In this document: piece after piece, positions 1 through 13,819 of the stretch
Layout: each line of letters opens with the position of its first letter
How positions within the stretch are numbered: position 1 is the stretch's first letter
Assembly (NCBI RefSeq): GCF_018977255.1
Contig: NW_024704742.1
Location: 9,922,001-9,986,000 of the forward strand
Length of the DNA: 64,000 nt
Source: Callorhinchus milii
Lineage: Eukaryota
Direction of reading: 5' to 3'
Position numbers and translations under genes: made by a program
Notes under the pieces: generated by a model
What the model saw: only the letters and a program-made list of their open reading frames with translations
Database searches by the model: none
Told to the model about the DNA's origin: nothing

Positions 1-369
1 ATAACAAAGTGTAGTGTGTGCAAGTGCCAGTGGGTTGAAAAGGAACACTATTGCTTTCATGGAGGCTTTATATAATACTTCAAAGTCACGTCTTCTAATA
101 ACATTTGTTGCTGCTGCGAATACAGAAAAGATAACGCTTGCCAAAATCCAGCTACACAGGTCTAATTTCCTTGGAACTTACAAAGTTGCAACATTTTCTC
201 TTAGCTCTGAACTTGAATCAGTGTTAAATTCGCCAAATACAGTGCAATCATTGCCCCTCAACCCCCCCAAAAAATTGGCACTCACCCACACTACAGAGAT
301 TGCTTAAATACACAGTATACATTCAGTTCATTGTAAAATTTTGTGAGGCACTTTGAGATATCTTGACAA

Positions 370-856
370 TGTGATAAGGTGTTGTATCGAATGCACCAAT
401 TATAATAATAATCTTTCCATTTGATTCAGCTCTTTCAGTCGGGAAGATGTCCCAAAATGCTTCACAGGATATACTATACAGGATATAGTGGAGAGGATAT
501 GTGTTTAGTGGGCAAACACAGCAGTCACTTTGTGCACAGGAATGTCCCACAAACAGTCATTACCACACAAAAGTGAGTGACCAATTTTATTTGAGGGATT
601 GTAGGCTAGACACCCAGAGAAACTCCCTTCTCTTTTCCAAGAGCCGTGGGATCTTCAATGTCCACTTGAACAAGCAGTAGGGCCTCGATTTAACTTTGCA
701 TCTGAAGGACGGCTCCTCCAACAATGCAGTACACTCCCAGCACCGCATTGGAGTGTCAGCTTAGACTATCTGAGTTCCAAGTCCCGATGTGGAGGCTTGA
801 ACCCACACCTTTCTGACTCAGGAGGATAGAATTCTACCAACTGAGCCGGACTGAGG
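370..856 (-). mobile_element. DeuSINE (SacSINE1/AmnSINE-like), near full length, diverged
   Basis: On the minus strand: tRNA-like head GCTCAGTTGGTAG...GGTTCAAG, then Deu-domain-like GCTGACACTCCAATGCGGTGCTGGGAGTG...GGACATTGAAGATCCCA, then an L2-like tail. Confidence 0.75.
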
Positions 857-2417
857 CATTATACTAATATGAACCCGCAAGGCACCTTGGAGCCGTCAGC
901 AACTGGAAATTTAAACAATGGATAAAACATGCAGCAAGTTCAAGAGGGATTTCTTGAAGAGGAAATGATTAGGTGGGGGGGGGGGGGGGAGAGTCCAATT
1001 AGGAGATGGATTTACATCATGTGTCATTCTGAATCATGAGAACTCCCATGCCAAATGTAGACCAAAATGGAGCAGCATTCTCATAGCATAATGTACTATG
1101 ATCCTGATCAAGAAATTCCATCAGAAAATGTCCTATGTTAGACCCCAATGGCTAACATTGGAACGCTCTCCTAATGTGAAAGGTGCTATATCACTGTAAA
1201 ATATATATTAACAATAATAATCCCAGCATTTGATATAGCACCTTATCACAACTTCGAGACGTCTCAAAGTCTTCACAAAATATACTGTAAAGTGAATTGA
1301 CTATATTTTGTGGGCGAAATGTGGCAGCCAATTGCACACAGCAATGTCCCACAAACAGTATTGTATTGAAATTATAAGTTTATTTATTGGGTGAATTGAG
1401 ATTGAAAACGCGTCTCAATGAAAGGGAAAAGGCTTTTTCTCCAACACCGATCAACCCTTTATCGAAAGGACAAACAAATCAGAGGTGGAGCTGGGCATCA
1501 GAACACCCTGAACATAATGCAGTTGTTAAGAGGAAGGAAATCAAAAAGGAACAGAAAATTGAAGGAGCCAAATACCATTTTTTTTTAAGAACAGGAAAGC
1601 GAGGGCAATTTACAAGAAAATCAATCTGGCCCAACCTCAATTACATAAAACGAAAATACCAGCAAGATTTAGGATTTACTTATTAAAAAGGGAATTTGTT
1701 ACTTATTTCTAAAAATATGGAAGTGGTAGCACCGGCGATGTGCTTGCTTGACAATGAGTCATAAAAACAAGTGGGTAAGACTTCCTCAAAGGGATATAAC
1801 ATAATCAAAAGCTTGATTATTTTAGGCAGCTCATGCGTTTTGGGGTTAGAATTGTGGAGACCATTTTAACCAATAAAAAGGATGTTTGAGGTACAGGCTG
1901 TCTTTGTATTAATCACCTCATTGGAGCGCAGATTTGTTTTGAACATAGACCTGCGAATAGAACAATAATAATCCGTGCATTTGATATAGCGCCTTATCAA
2001 TCTTCAAATATGTTTCACAATAACACTCAATCTTACATAGTAATAACAAAATGTACTAAACAGGCTGAGACTTGGTGGAATTTCAGGCCTCTAGATTGCA
2101 ATGGCTCAGTCCATAAATACATAATGCAACTCAGAACTTCCTCAATAATCAGCGTTACATTCTGACAAAATAACCTTTCAAAATACATAACGTTAATATC
2201 CTTCAAAGAATTCAACTTCATATACTTTATTTTGAGGAAAATGAACCCATACCCTCTCCCTCCCCCGCTTCAATTTGCTCATGATTGATTTTAGTTACCT
2301 TATTCTGAGCTCCCTTGATAGCCTTGTGAATCAATCTGAATCTGGCAAACATGAGGGAGAAGAGAATAGAGAGGAATAGAAGAGCGGATTGGGAAATCAG
2401 GGCCATTTTGGACCCCT

Positions 2418-2772
2418 GTGGAGTCCTGAAGCTCAGTGGTTAGAGCAATTGGCTCGCCAGTGAGAGACTGGGGTTCGATTCTCGGCAGCGCAAAACTTTG
2501 GGTAAGTTTACACACCTGTTTACCAAGCAGTAAGTAGGAACTCAGTTGTTAGTCGAATGGCGGATCGCTTTTCAGGGTAATAATTCCTTTTAAAAATAAA
2601 TTGGTCACTCAATCCACGACTGTTTGTGGGTCGCTGCTGTGTGCAATTGGCTGCCGGGTTTCACCCACAAAATAAACAGTCAATTCACTTTACAGTATAT
2701 TTTGTGAAGCGCTTTGGGACGTCTAGAAGATGTGAAAAGCGCTATATCAAATGCAAGGATTATTATTATTAT
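2418..2772 (+). mobile_element. tRNA-derived SINE (dominant ~350 bp family), full length
   Basis: A-box GCTCAGTGGTTAGAGC, B-box GGTTCGATTC, shared family body, tail AAATGCAAGG(ATT)n. Confidence 0.9.
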
Positions 2773-4563
2773 GTGGATCCATTACAGGCAGAGACAGGAG
2801 GAATTATAATGGGGGCTAATGATTTGGCAGTCATTAAACAAATACTTTGCTTCTGTTTCCACGTTAGAAGACACTGAAAACTTATCAAAAATAGAGGGGA
2901 ACCAAGAAGCTAATGTTAGTGAGCAACTAAGGGAAATTCCATCAGTAAACAATTAATACTAGGGAGACTGTTGGGATTGAAAAATGACAAATCCCTTGGA
3001 CCTGATGGCCTGCACCTTAGGGTTTTAAAAGAGGTGGGGGCTGAGATAGTGGATGCCTTGTTTTTGATCTTCCAAAATTCTCTGGATTCAGGAACGGTTC
3101 CCACTGATTGGAAGATCGCCAATATGTAACACCACTATTTAAGAAGGGTGGGAGAGAGAAGATGGGGAACTATAGACCAGTCAGTCTGACATCGGTGGTA
3201 GGGAAAATTCTAGAATCCTTAATTAGGGATGTTGTAGTGGGATACTTAGAGGACCATAACATGATTAGGCAGTCAACATGGCTTTACAAAAGGGAAGTCA
3301 TGCTTAACAAATCTTTTAGAGTTTTTTTGAGGATGTAACTAGCAGATTAAATAAGGGGAACCAGTGGATATGGTATATTTAGATTTTCAGAAGGCATTCG
3401 ACAAGGTGCCACATAAAAGGCTGCTACACAAGATTAGGGCACATGGAATTAAAGGCAATATATTAGCATGGATCAAAGAGCGGCTAACGGGAAGAAAACA
3501 GAGAGTAGGGATAAAAGGGGCCTGGCAAGATGTGACTAGTGGAGTGCCACAAGAATCAGTACTTGGGCCTAAACTATTTACCTTCTATTTCAATGATCTA
3601 GACGAGGACATAGAACTTAAAATATTTAAGTTCGCGGTTGATACTAAGCTAGGTGGGAGAGTAAGCTCTGAGGATGACACAAAAAGATCGCAAAGGGATA
3701 TAGATAGGGTGGGTGAGTGGGCAAGAGGTGGCAGATGGAATATAATGTGGGGAAATGTGAAGTTATTCACCTAGGTAGTAAAAACAGAAAAGCAGATTAT
3801 TTTCTAGAAAAGGAGAGATGAGACAGTATTAGTGTTCAGAGAGATTTGGGTGTCCTTGTACACCAGTCACAAATGTTAGTATGCAGGTACAACATGCAAC
3901 TAGGAAGGCTAATGGCAATGTGGGCGTTTATTGCAAAAGGGTTAAGAATACAAGAGTAGGGAAGTCTTGCTGCAACTGTATGGGGCCTTGTTGAGACCCC
4001 ACCTAGAATACTGTGTGCAGTTTTGGTCTCCTTATTTAAGAAAGGACATACTCGCCTTAGAGGGGGTGCAGCATAGATTCCGTAGGTTAGTTTCTGGGAT
4101 GAGGGGTTTGACCTATGAGGATAGATTGAGTAAACTAGGTCTATATTCTAAATAGAATATAGAAGAATTAGGAGTGATCTTATAGATTCCTATAAGATTC
4201 TTATGGGGCTTGGCAGAGTAGAGAGTGTGAGACTTTCTCCTGGTAGGAGAACCTATAACTAGGGGTCGTAGTTTTAAGATTAAGGGTCAGCCCTTTCGAA
4301 CAGAGTTGAGGAAACACTTCTTCACTCAGAGGGAAGTGAATTTATGGAATTCTCTACCCCAGAAGGCTGTAGATGCTCAGTCCTTGAACATATTCAAGAC
4401 TGAGATTGATAGATTTCTAAAGGATAGAGGGATTAAGGGATAATGGGGATAAGGCAGGTAGATGGAGTTAGGTTAGAAGATCAGCCATGATCTTATTGAA
4501 TGGTGAGGCAGGCTCGAGGGGCCGAATGGCATAATCCTGCTCCTAATTCCTATGTTCCTATGT
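2773..4563 (+). mobile_element. CR1 LINE, 5'-truncated, frameshifted ORF2 (RT) plus 3' UTR
   Basis: RT motifs NYRPVSLTSVVGK, YLDFQKAFDKVPH, SGVPQESVLGP, RPHLEYCVQFWSP. The 3' end is GGCCGAATGG...CCTGCTCCT...(TTCCTATG)n. Confidence 0.95.
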
Positions 4564-5162
4564 GATCAAGAATCAGGTTGGAGCATCTTACATGGCAAAT
4601 TCAAGGTTATGGCTCCAGCTTCCACAACAGATGGGATCTGAGTTTTCACCCTTAAATGCTATTCAAAGAGTTTCTGCACAATCGGAATTGCTTACGCTTG
4701 ACAAGACAATGGGGTGGGAAGTAGTACAATTTCCCCAGCACCAGGTATAACTATAAATTCAGAATAAAATCATTCACTCACTCATTGTTTCTCATGCTTG
4801 CAACGTTGCTGTAACTCCTATGTAGTGGACATCCTCATGTTTCCCAAACTAAAACTCTTCTATGGATGGCAAGCCTTGCCATGCTAAAAGACAAACCATC
4901 TTTGACTGAGGGGATTAGCGGTCAATCTCCCTTTGCGCCAACATCAGGGGAGACTGTAAGAGAGGCCCTCGTCACTGTGAGGAGATCCTGCCGGGAGCTG
5001 AGGTCGGAGCCCAGAGGACATTCATTGTTGTCATTTTGAGATGTCACAGTCGGTAAAACAAAGACCGGAACCCTTCAGCGTTCCAGTGCTACACAAAGCA
5101 AATCCTAACAGTTCAATGTCTTAAATAGAGAACAAAGGGAAGATTGAGGAGAGGTAAGAAGT

Positions 5163-5500
5163 AATAATAATAATCCTTGCATTTGATATAGCGCCTTACC
5201 ACATCTTTGAGACATCTTAAAGCGCTTCACAGAATATACTGTAAAGTGAATTGACTGTATATTTTGTGGGTGAAACCCGGCAGCCAATTGTGCACAGCAG
5301 TGTCCCACAAAACAGTGTCGTGGATTGAGTGGCCAATTGTTTTTTGAAGGAAAAGTGATCCACCCGTCGACTAACAACTGGGTTCCTACTTACTGCTAGG
5401 TAAACAGAGGCGTGAGGAAACTTGCCCAACATTTCGCCTATGCCAGGAATTGAACCCAGGTTTCTCGCTTGCGAGTGCTCTAACCACTGAGCTACAGGAC
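5163..5500 (-). mobile_element. tRNA-derived SINE, dominant family
   Basis: Reverse complement of the family sequence, head to (ATT)n tail. Confidence 0.9.
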
Positions 5501-6340
5501 ACCACAATGGTCTCTCCCTGGAGGGACACATCCCTACTTACCTAATTCCAAAGAGTATTAGGCGCAGGTTGGTCAAGAGCCAAGCCTTGGGATGTCTTCC
5601 TGATGTGAAAGGCACTTTACAAATGTAATTATGCATTGTATTGTATTGTATCCACACATGGAAATGTATTGTATCCACACATGGAAATCCTAGTGAATAG
5701 TACTCTCTCTCCGGAGGGATGTATGCCTACTTACCTACTTCCAGAGTATTTGGCGGATGTTGATTAGAGCCAAGGCTTGGGTACCCCAGAGTGTGTTTTG
5801 GGGTACTGCTTGAATCCATAACCAGTTAAACCAACATACTTGCGATCGAGAGCACTGCCTGGCAAGCTTTCACCCTCCATTGTTGTTGTAGGATCGAAAT
5901 GACTGATGGTGCTGTTCAACAGGTAGATTTTTAGAAAGGATTTGAATGTAGAGGGAGTGTTTATAAGGTGGAAGAATGTATGGAAGCAGGTTCCAAAGAG
6001 CAGGGGTCAAGGTGCAGAGGGTGAGCCTACAAGTATTGGCCAGAGGGGACAAAGGAAAAGAAGCTGGACTGAATTGGGACAGCAGAGGGAGTGGGTGAGG
6101 GGAAAATCTACAGGAGAAGTGGGGGAAAGGGCAGAGAGATTTGAAAGTTAGAATGATGATCTTAAAGTTAAGACAGTACTGCCACATTGACTCTTTTGAA
6201 GAGTGGGAGAAGGCAGAACTTCAGTAAATGTCCTTGATATTCTGGCAGGCATGAAAAGGGCACTGAAGGCAAAATGGTGAAACTTTCACCGACCTTACAT
6301 AATCTGCAATAAAACTCATCTGCTCTTTCTTACCCTTATC

Positions 6341-6690
6341 AATAATAATAATCCTTGCATTTAATAGAGCATCTTATCACGTCTTTGTGATGTCTCAAAG
6401 CACTTCACAGAATATACTTTAAGTGAAATGACTGTATATTTTGTGGGCAGAACACGGCAGCCAATTGCGCACAGCAGTGTCCCACAAAAAGTCGTGGATT
6501 GAAGTGGTCAATTTTTTTTAAGGAATTAAAAGCGATCCACGAATCAACTAACAACCAGGTTCCTACTTACTGCTAGGTAAACAGAGGCGTGTGGAGTAAG
6601 GAAACTTGCCCAATGTTCTGTTCTGCCAGGAATCGAACCCAGTAATCTCACTTGCGAGGCGAATGCTCTAACCACTGAGCTACAGGACAC
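6341..6690 (-). mobile_element. tRNA-derived SINE, dominant family
   Basis: Reverse complement with A/B boxes and tail. Confidence 0.9.
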
Positions 6691-9001
6691 TACCCTTTCT
6701 ATGGAAGGCAAAAGGAGTCCTGAGGTTACCCTCTCAAAAATAACTACACCCTCTAAAGCACATAAATAAATAATGAATAAATAAATCTTGCATTTGATTT
6801 ACTTTATATAAATATATATTGATTTAGATAAAATATACTATATTTTAGCTCTCAAAGCACTTCATAGGATTTTATTATAAAGTGAAATAACTGGGTATTT
6901 TGTCAGTGAACATAGCAGCCAATTTGCGCACTGCAATGAAATGAAAAAGCCATGAAATGAATGACCAATATCTGCTTATTTAGAGCAGTTCGGATTATTC
7001 TGTATTAGTCGAGAAAGTATCCACAGATAGAAAAATAATGAAGAATACCTCCCCTCTTCAGTCCACAATAGAAATAAAATTTATGCCACTCAAAATTAGT
7101 TTGAAAAATTCTAATAATCCTTATAGCAAGTATATATACTTTTTTTTTGATATTTGATATATTAGCATGTAGTTGAGGCATCTCAAAAGAGCTTCACCGA
7201 ATATACTGTACATTTTAACTGTACATTTTGTGGGTGAAAATTGACTGTACATTTTGTGGTTGAAACGCAGCGCACAAATTGGCTGCCTCATTCACCTACA
7301 AATTTGGAGTCATTCACTTTAAACTAAATCCTGTGAAGTGTTTTGAGACGTTTCTACAATGTGAAAAACAACAAATTGCCTTTCACAGCGGGATGATATC
7401 CCAAGGAGCTAGATGTCAATAAGGGCCTAGGCTTGGGGAATCCAGAGTGTGGATTGGAGTACTCTTGGAGTATAATCAGCTACAACAAGCCAGCTACAAT
7501 AGTTTACCATTGATAGATATCCTGTTTGTCCAGCTGGGACCATCCTATCCGTTAGGGCTTTGGCTTACAGGGTTAATAGGAGCTAAGTGGAATGACTCCT
7601 GCACAGTGACTGGTCTGCCCTTCCAGGTCCAGTTGTTGAGCCAGTCTGGGCTGTGCCGTCATCAGCAGTGCCCTGGAATACTGTGGATCCGCCTGGCTCA
7701 GCAACCGGACTAGAGACCATCAAAGAGGGCTGGTTCGACTCTGACATTCCATTGCTAAAGTATGGAGCCTGTTCAGTTCCAAGGAGACCCCACTTACAAG
7801 GAGGATAGTCATTACATTGGTTCCAATAAAAATGATCCTTGCATTTGATATAACCTCTTTCATGTCGGAAGTACATCTCAAAGGGCTTCACAGGATTTAC
7901 TGTAGAGTATAGTGACTGTGTAGGTGAATACAACTTGTATTTTGCCCACAAAATATACAGTCAATTCACTTTACAGTATATTCTGTGAAGCATTTTGAAA
8001 CATCTTGAAGACATAAGGCGCTGTATCAAATGCAAGGATCATTATTATTATTAATGGAATAATTCACCAGAAACCATCTAAACACTTGGGCTTTTTAGAA
8101 TCCTTTTCAACAAACAGATTTCTTTCATGGAACCTTCCCTCTTTACTTTTAAATCTACTTTGAAGTTCTTCCCACGAAGATCTCACAGTGGTGCTTACGG
8201 CAAAGGTTAACTCCACCCTCATCGGAGCAGCTGGAGAGGAGTCAGGCAGCTTTTGAAGTGGTGCAGGAATGAAGAGCCATAACAGTCAGTGAGAAACCCT
8301 ATCGTCCTGCCCAGAGCAATGAACAGCTGACTGAAGAACCACTCCAACCAGAACAATGACTATTTCACAGGCAAACACAGAGAGAGAAGAGAGAGAGAGG
8401 ACTCCCAACTGTGCCATTAATCTTTGTGATGTGGTTTGGAGGGGAGGTGGGGTATGGAGGAAGAGAGGGAGAGAAAGAAAGGGAGAGAAGGAAGAGAGAG
8501 AAAAAGGAAAAAAAAGTGTACTCATTACACCCTTGGTAATCCACCGATTACAGGAGGTACTGATTCCAGGGATTTTGTTGTTGACCAATTCCACAGCGTT
8601 AAAGCCAATCCTTTGTGTTAATCAGCCTCGCCGGGAGCCAGGAATGTGCTCAAGTCAGTGTTATAAATGTAAAGGTTACTGAGCCCCACCCTTCCCCCCC
8701 CATCTCGTTCCCCCATCCCCCCAGCCGAGCACAAAAAGAGAACATGCATGTCAGCAAGAACATTCAAGCACAAGTCACATCACTTTGTTTACTGGGTTTT
8801 AACCACATACAGGCTAAATCGCCTACTAATTGCATTCACTCCAACCACCCCAAATGGTCTGTCACTCAGTCCCTAGCCCAGAAAGTGGGAAAGAAGCCAG
8901 GAGAAAAAGAGAGGGGTGAGGAAAGAAAAAAGGAAAATGTATGATGACATTACATGCGTTTGAGTGCATGAAACCACAGTGCAAAGTCCAGTTAGCTGAT
9001 A

Positions 9002-9385
9002 TAATAATCCTTGCATTTGATCCTTATCACATTTTCTAGGAGCTTCAAAGCACTTCAGATTATACTAACTGTATATTTTGTTGTATATTTTATATTGTAT
9101 ATTTTGTATAGTGTGCTGACTGTATATTTTGTGGGTGAAACGTGGTAGCCCATTATGCAGAGCAGTGTCCCACAAACAGTCTTGGATTGAGTGACCAAAT
9201 TATTTTGGGGAATATTATCTCCTGGAAAACTGATTCACCAATATACTAACAACCTGGTTCCTACACACCGTTAGGTAAACAGAGACATGGAAGGAAACTT
9301 GCCCAACTTTTCGCCCTGCCTGGGAATCGAACCCAGGTCCTCTCGCTTGCAAGGCAAGCGCTCTAACCACTGAGCTACAGTACCA
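9002..9385 (-). mobile_element. tRNA-derived SINE, dominant family
   Basis: Reverse complement with intact head and an internal TGTATATTT slippage duplication. Confidence 0.85.
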
Positions 9386-9589
9386 CACTCTCAGACAGAT
9401 GCACGGCGGAGCCCCAAACCAGACCTGGTCATAACCCACAGCAACTCAGATTCAGCTGGGCTCCTGCTGATCCCCATCTCACATTCACATTTGAACTAGC
9501 TCCATTGCCTATTTAATATATTTTCAGTAGATTCCTCCCATATATATGTGCATTCAGGTACCCCTGCCCTCCCCCATACACACCTTTAT

Positions 9590-9885
9590 GTGTGAAGGCC
9601 CAACAGCCCCACCATCAGCGGTCAGGCCTTCAGTCTCTCTGCCCCAACCCTTTGGAACTCCATCCCACATTCCCTTCGCCTCGCCCCCTCCCTTGCCTTG
9701 TTCAAGGCCCGTCTCAAGTCTTTCCTTTTCAACTGCCCACCCCTTTGGTCACCCTCCTAACACCCACCCTACCTGTCCTCCACCCTTCCTGATCCCAACC
9801 TCAGCTTGGGTGCAAATCCTTGACTGTCCAGCTCCCGGCATGAAAGGTGCTGTACAAATCTAATTTGCCATGGTTGTTATTGTAG
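9590..9885 (+). mobile_element. L2 LINE 3' fragment
   Basis: GCCTTCAGTCTCTCTGCCCCAACCCTTTGGAACTCC (RAFS..AP.LWNS), similar to 39730-40195. Confidence 0.75.
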
Positions 9886-11329
9886 ATCTCTGGCCTTCTA
9901 TCAAACTGGATAAGACGGTCTAGAGGTAAATTAGCAAATGATCTGCTCATCCCATCATGTTACCCAAAGCAGCAGCTCATGAGAAAGGAGCGCAAATATA
10001 ATTCATACAACCTTTTAGCATCTAAGACAAACTGCAAAAGTGATCAACAGCCTGTCTGAATGCTCAGGATTAGATTTACATTTGGTCACAGTACTACAGG
10101 AACAGGAAACACTATCCAGTTTTTATTATATTCTATTACAATTGGCTTTGATGCCCTGGTGAGGAAAGAAGCCAGCTAGGCTTCTCAATGCTATCCAGAG
10201 AGCCTGCTAGAAAGGCTTCTTTATTTGGTCAGCCAGGTGTCTGACACATGCGGAAACCCATCACCAGGCTGAAGAGTATCTAAACCAAGCTGAGATTTCC
10301 ACGCACCCCACCTACACATGGAAATCCCAGAAATAGATTGTTTCTGGGAATGCGCACTCCCTCCCTGGAGGGACACATCCTGTTTATGGAAGCAAATCCC
10401 AATGCAAGAAAAAAGACTGCAAACATAACATGACACAATTGGGTGTGGACGCAGATGGAGTTGGCTGAGGTTCTCACCACTCATTGTCAAATAGCCGATG
10501 AATTCACTACGAAGGTTGAGACATTAATGATGGCTAGAAAGTCAGTGATCTATGAAAGCGGATCCCAGAGCAGAAAACAAAAGACTGCAAACAATAGCAC
10601 AACGCAATAAGCCAGACACCTATTTAAGTCACAAGTGAAATGATCGTTGCTTCATTTGGTTAAATTATGGGCTTCAACAAATAATACTTCCCCAAAGTAC
10701 TCTAAATAAAACTGCTTTCACCCCTCCCAACACACACACACACATGTACACACAGAATTCTACCCCCCAAAATTTAATAAGCCTCCCATTTTCACTCAGA
10801 AAGTGCGGCACGCACACAAACACACACAAAAGAGCTGGCTGACTCTGTTTTTGTTAAATAAACTTTATTAAAGCTGCTGACTTTGCCCAGGCCTTACAGC
10901 TGACACTAGCACACACAGTAAGAAGACACAAAACACACGAAGATGCCGCTTCTGCTCAGTAAGGGACAGCTCCTCAGATGCCCTAAAAAACACACAATTG
11001 AAACGTATTAAAATTAAGAATTTAACATTGACCTTGCAAGAGTTGGAGGGGGAGGGTGGGGTGATTCTGAAACAGCCACCGCCTACACCCGTTCAACACT
11101 TTCGAAGAGCATCAAACTGCAATCAAAGGCTTTCTTGGCCGTGTAAGTTTCTTCCAAGCTAGAGTGCACTATAGTACAAGCAATTTGTTACACACACAGC
11201 ACTGCAGAGATGACACTGCAATCAATGAACTGATCAAACAAATTGCAGAATAAGCTGAGTAGGAAACTGAGCCAAGCAGACCAAGGCCTTGAGTTTGATC
11301 TCTGATCTATGCTGTTTGTTACCTGATCT

Positions 11330-11688
11330 ATAATAATCCTTGCATTTGATAGAGCGCTGTTCACATTTTCGAAACGTCTCAAAGCACTTCACAGAATATA
11401 CTGTAAAGTGAATTGACTGTATATTTTGTGGGCAAAATGTGGCAGCCAATTGCTCACAGCAGTGTTAAACAGTCGTGGATTGAGTGACCAAATTTTTTTT
11501 GGAAGGGATAATTACCCCTGGAAAGTGATACGCCAATCAACTAACAACCAGGTTCCTACCTACTACTGGGTGAACAGAGGCATGTAGTGTAAGGAAACTT
11601 GCCCAACATTTCGCCCCGGCCAGGAATTAAACCCAGGTCCTCTCGCTTGCAAGACGAGTGTTCTAACCACTGAGCTGCAGGACTCCAC
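11330..11688 (-). mobile_element. tRNA-derived SINE, dominant family
   Basis: Full-length reverse-complement copy. Confidence 0.9.
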
Positions 11689-12047
11689 AATGTCATAAAT
11701 GATCTCAGGCAGGATTGTCCAGTATACGCCCTAAAATGAGGCCAAACTGCCCTGGGGTAGGGAAAGAGCCAGGGTTCCCAATTCTGAGCAATTCCCAGGC
11801 TCACACGTAAAGGGTAAGCAGTGCTGCAGAATCAGGCTCCACCTTCAGCAGAGGAGGGTGGAAAGTTAAACACATCCCACAAGAAAAGAGGAGAAATTAC
11901 AGTATCCAACATTCATCCAATAATTAAGGAAGCGAATGCATTTACTAATAACTTCAATTTTGACTCCAATTTTTCTTTTAAAACAAAAAGCGTTCACAGT
12001 ATTTTCCCACCTATGATGCTATTTTCCTTACCACTGTGCCAACATAA

Positions 12048-12187
12048 AGGGATTAAGGGATATGGAGATAGGGCGGGTAAATGGAATTAGGTTAGAAGAT
12101 CAGCCATGATCTTATTAAATGGCAGGACAGGCTCGAGGAGCCGAATGGCCTACTCCTGCTCCTACGTTGTATGGTATTATGGTCTTA
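12048..12187 (+). mobile_element. CR1 3' end fragment
   Basis: Closely similar to 4428-4563. Confidence 0.85.
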
Positions 12188-12214
12188 TACCCTGTCAGAT
12201 TTGCTTTTCCACAG

Positions 12215-12609
12215 GGAGTCCTTTAGCTTAGTGATCAGAGCACTCGCCTCACAAGCCAGAGGACCTGGGTTCGATTCCAGAGCAGGGCGAAACGTTGAGC
12301 AAGTTTCCTTACTCCACACACCTCTGTTTACCCAGCAGTAAGTAGGAACCCAGTTTTTGGTTGATTGGCGGATTGCTTTTCTGGGGGTAATAATTCCTTC
12401 AAAATAAATTTAAAAAATAAATAATTTGGTCACTCAATCCATGACTGTTGTGATATTGTTGCGATATCCATGACTGCTGTGCGCAATTGGCTGCCGCATT
12501 TCTCCCACAAAATATACAGTCAATTCACTTTACAGTATATTCTGTGAAGTGCTTTGAGATGTCTTGAAGACGTGAAAGGCACTATATGAAATGCAAGGAT
12601 TATTATTAT
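12215..12609 (+). mobile_element. tRNA-derived SINE, dominant family
   Basis: Head, body and (ATT)n tail. Confidence 0.9.
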
Positions 12610-13819
12610 AGTAAGGTTGGTGTGAACTCAGCGATGTGCCTGTGTGAAGGAACTTTCTGAATATTCAGTGCTGTGCTGCAAGAAGCACAATTAGGACCTG
12701 AAGGGTCCACAGAACATTTGTGTTTGATTGAAAAACATCCTACAAGGTTCACTGAGGCTGACCATACAGCTCAGGATCCTGGCCAGCTGCCCAGGGCAAG
12801 AATACAATCCAGGACTGCTCACAAAATATACATGAGGTGATACTTGAGTGGTTTATATTCATCACTCAAATCCTAAACCCACTTACTGTTCGCTATGTAC
12901 TGTGAGGTATCTTTTCAACATGTTCTCTGATTACCTCACTACACAAACGATTCTTTTAATATCACTTTCTGTGGGGAATATTCCCTCCCCAAAAAAACTG
13001 TGGTCACTCAAATGACTGTTTGTGTGACACTGCTATGCGCAATTGGCTGCCACGTTATGCTCACAAAATATAGTCAGTTCACTTTATAGTATATTCTACG
13101 AATTGCTTTGAAACATCTTGACGATGTGATAAGGCGCTATATCAAATGCAATGTAATTATTATTATTACTATTATTATTACCTTCGGCACTGTGTGTCCT
13201 AGGAGCTAACAGAACAAAACCCCTCTCGTGCAGGATTACTTTACTTCGGAAAGTGACAAACAAGCCAACTCAAGTATTCTGTTTCGCACACTTCCTCTTC
13301 CCTGCCTTATAATTAAAAGCAGATTCTCCCCAGAATCTCAAAACAGTTAGGCTTGCCTCCCTCGGCCTTCCCTCCTCTAATCCAAAGGCTTTTAAAAGCC
13401 AAGTTTTGTATTTCCAGATGGTTACAGCATAATATAATAATCCTTTTATTTGATATAGTGCCTTATCATGTCTTCGAGCTGATTTATTCCACCCTCTCTC
13501 TGGCTTTTGGCCTTGGTGGTGCCCTGGACCCTCTGCCCTGAACTCTACTCTTGGCTTCTCGATAAGAAACAAACGAACATCCTCCACAATCTACCAGCAA
13601 GGGCGACACCAGGCACTAGTGGCAATGGCTGTGGTGGCACTCCAGTCTGTGCCATATCTGCTACTTTTCCATTGCCTCCACATTTTGGGGTTCAGCGAGG
13701 GGGCCGGGGGTCTTACAACAGCCCCAACGTCAACAACTTGCATTTATATAGCACCCTTCATGCAGTGTAGTGTCCCAGAGAAATTGTCAACACACAAGCT
13801 GGTCCCACTGTTGCTACGC

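Noticed and set aside
182..290. Possible minus-strand exon with strong donor TT|gtaagt (…TDSSSELRENVAT)
   Set aside because: No acceptor or start in a compatible phase, and no convincing PSD homology.
1387..1686. 99-aa basic ORF
   Set aside because: Non-ATG start, A-rich composition, no recognisable homology.
5105..5531. Recurrent short ORFs such as GHCCAQLAA / [12 protein letters not shown]
   Set aside because: Translations of the non-coding SINE sequence repeated across the window.
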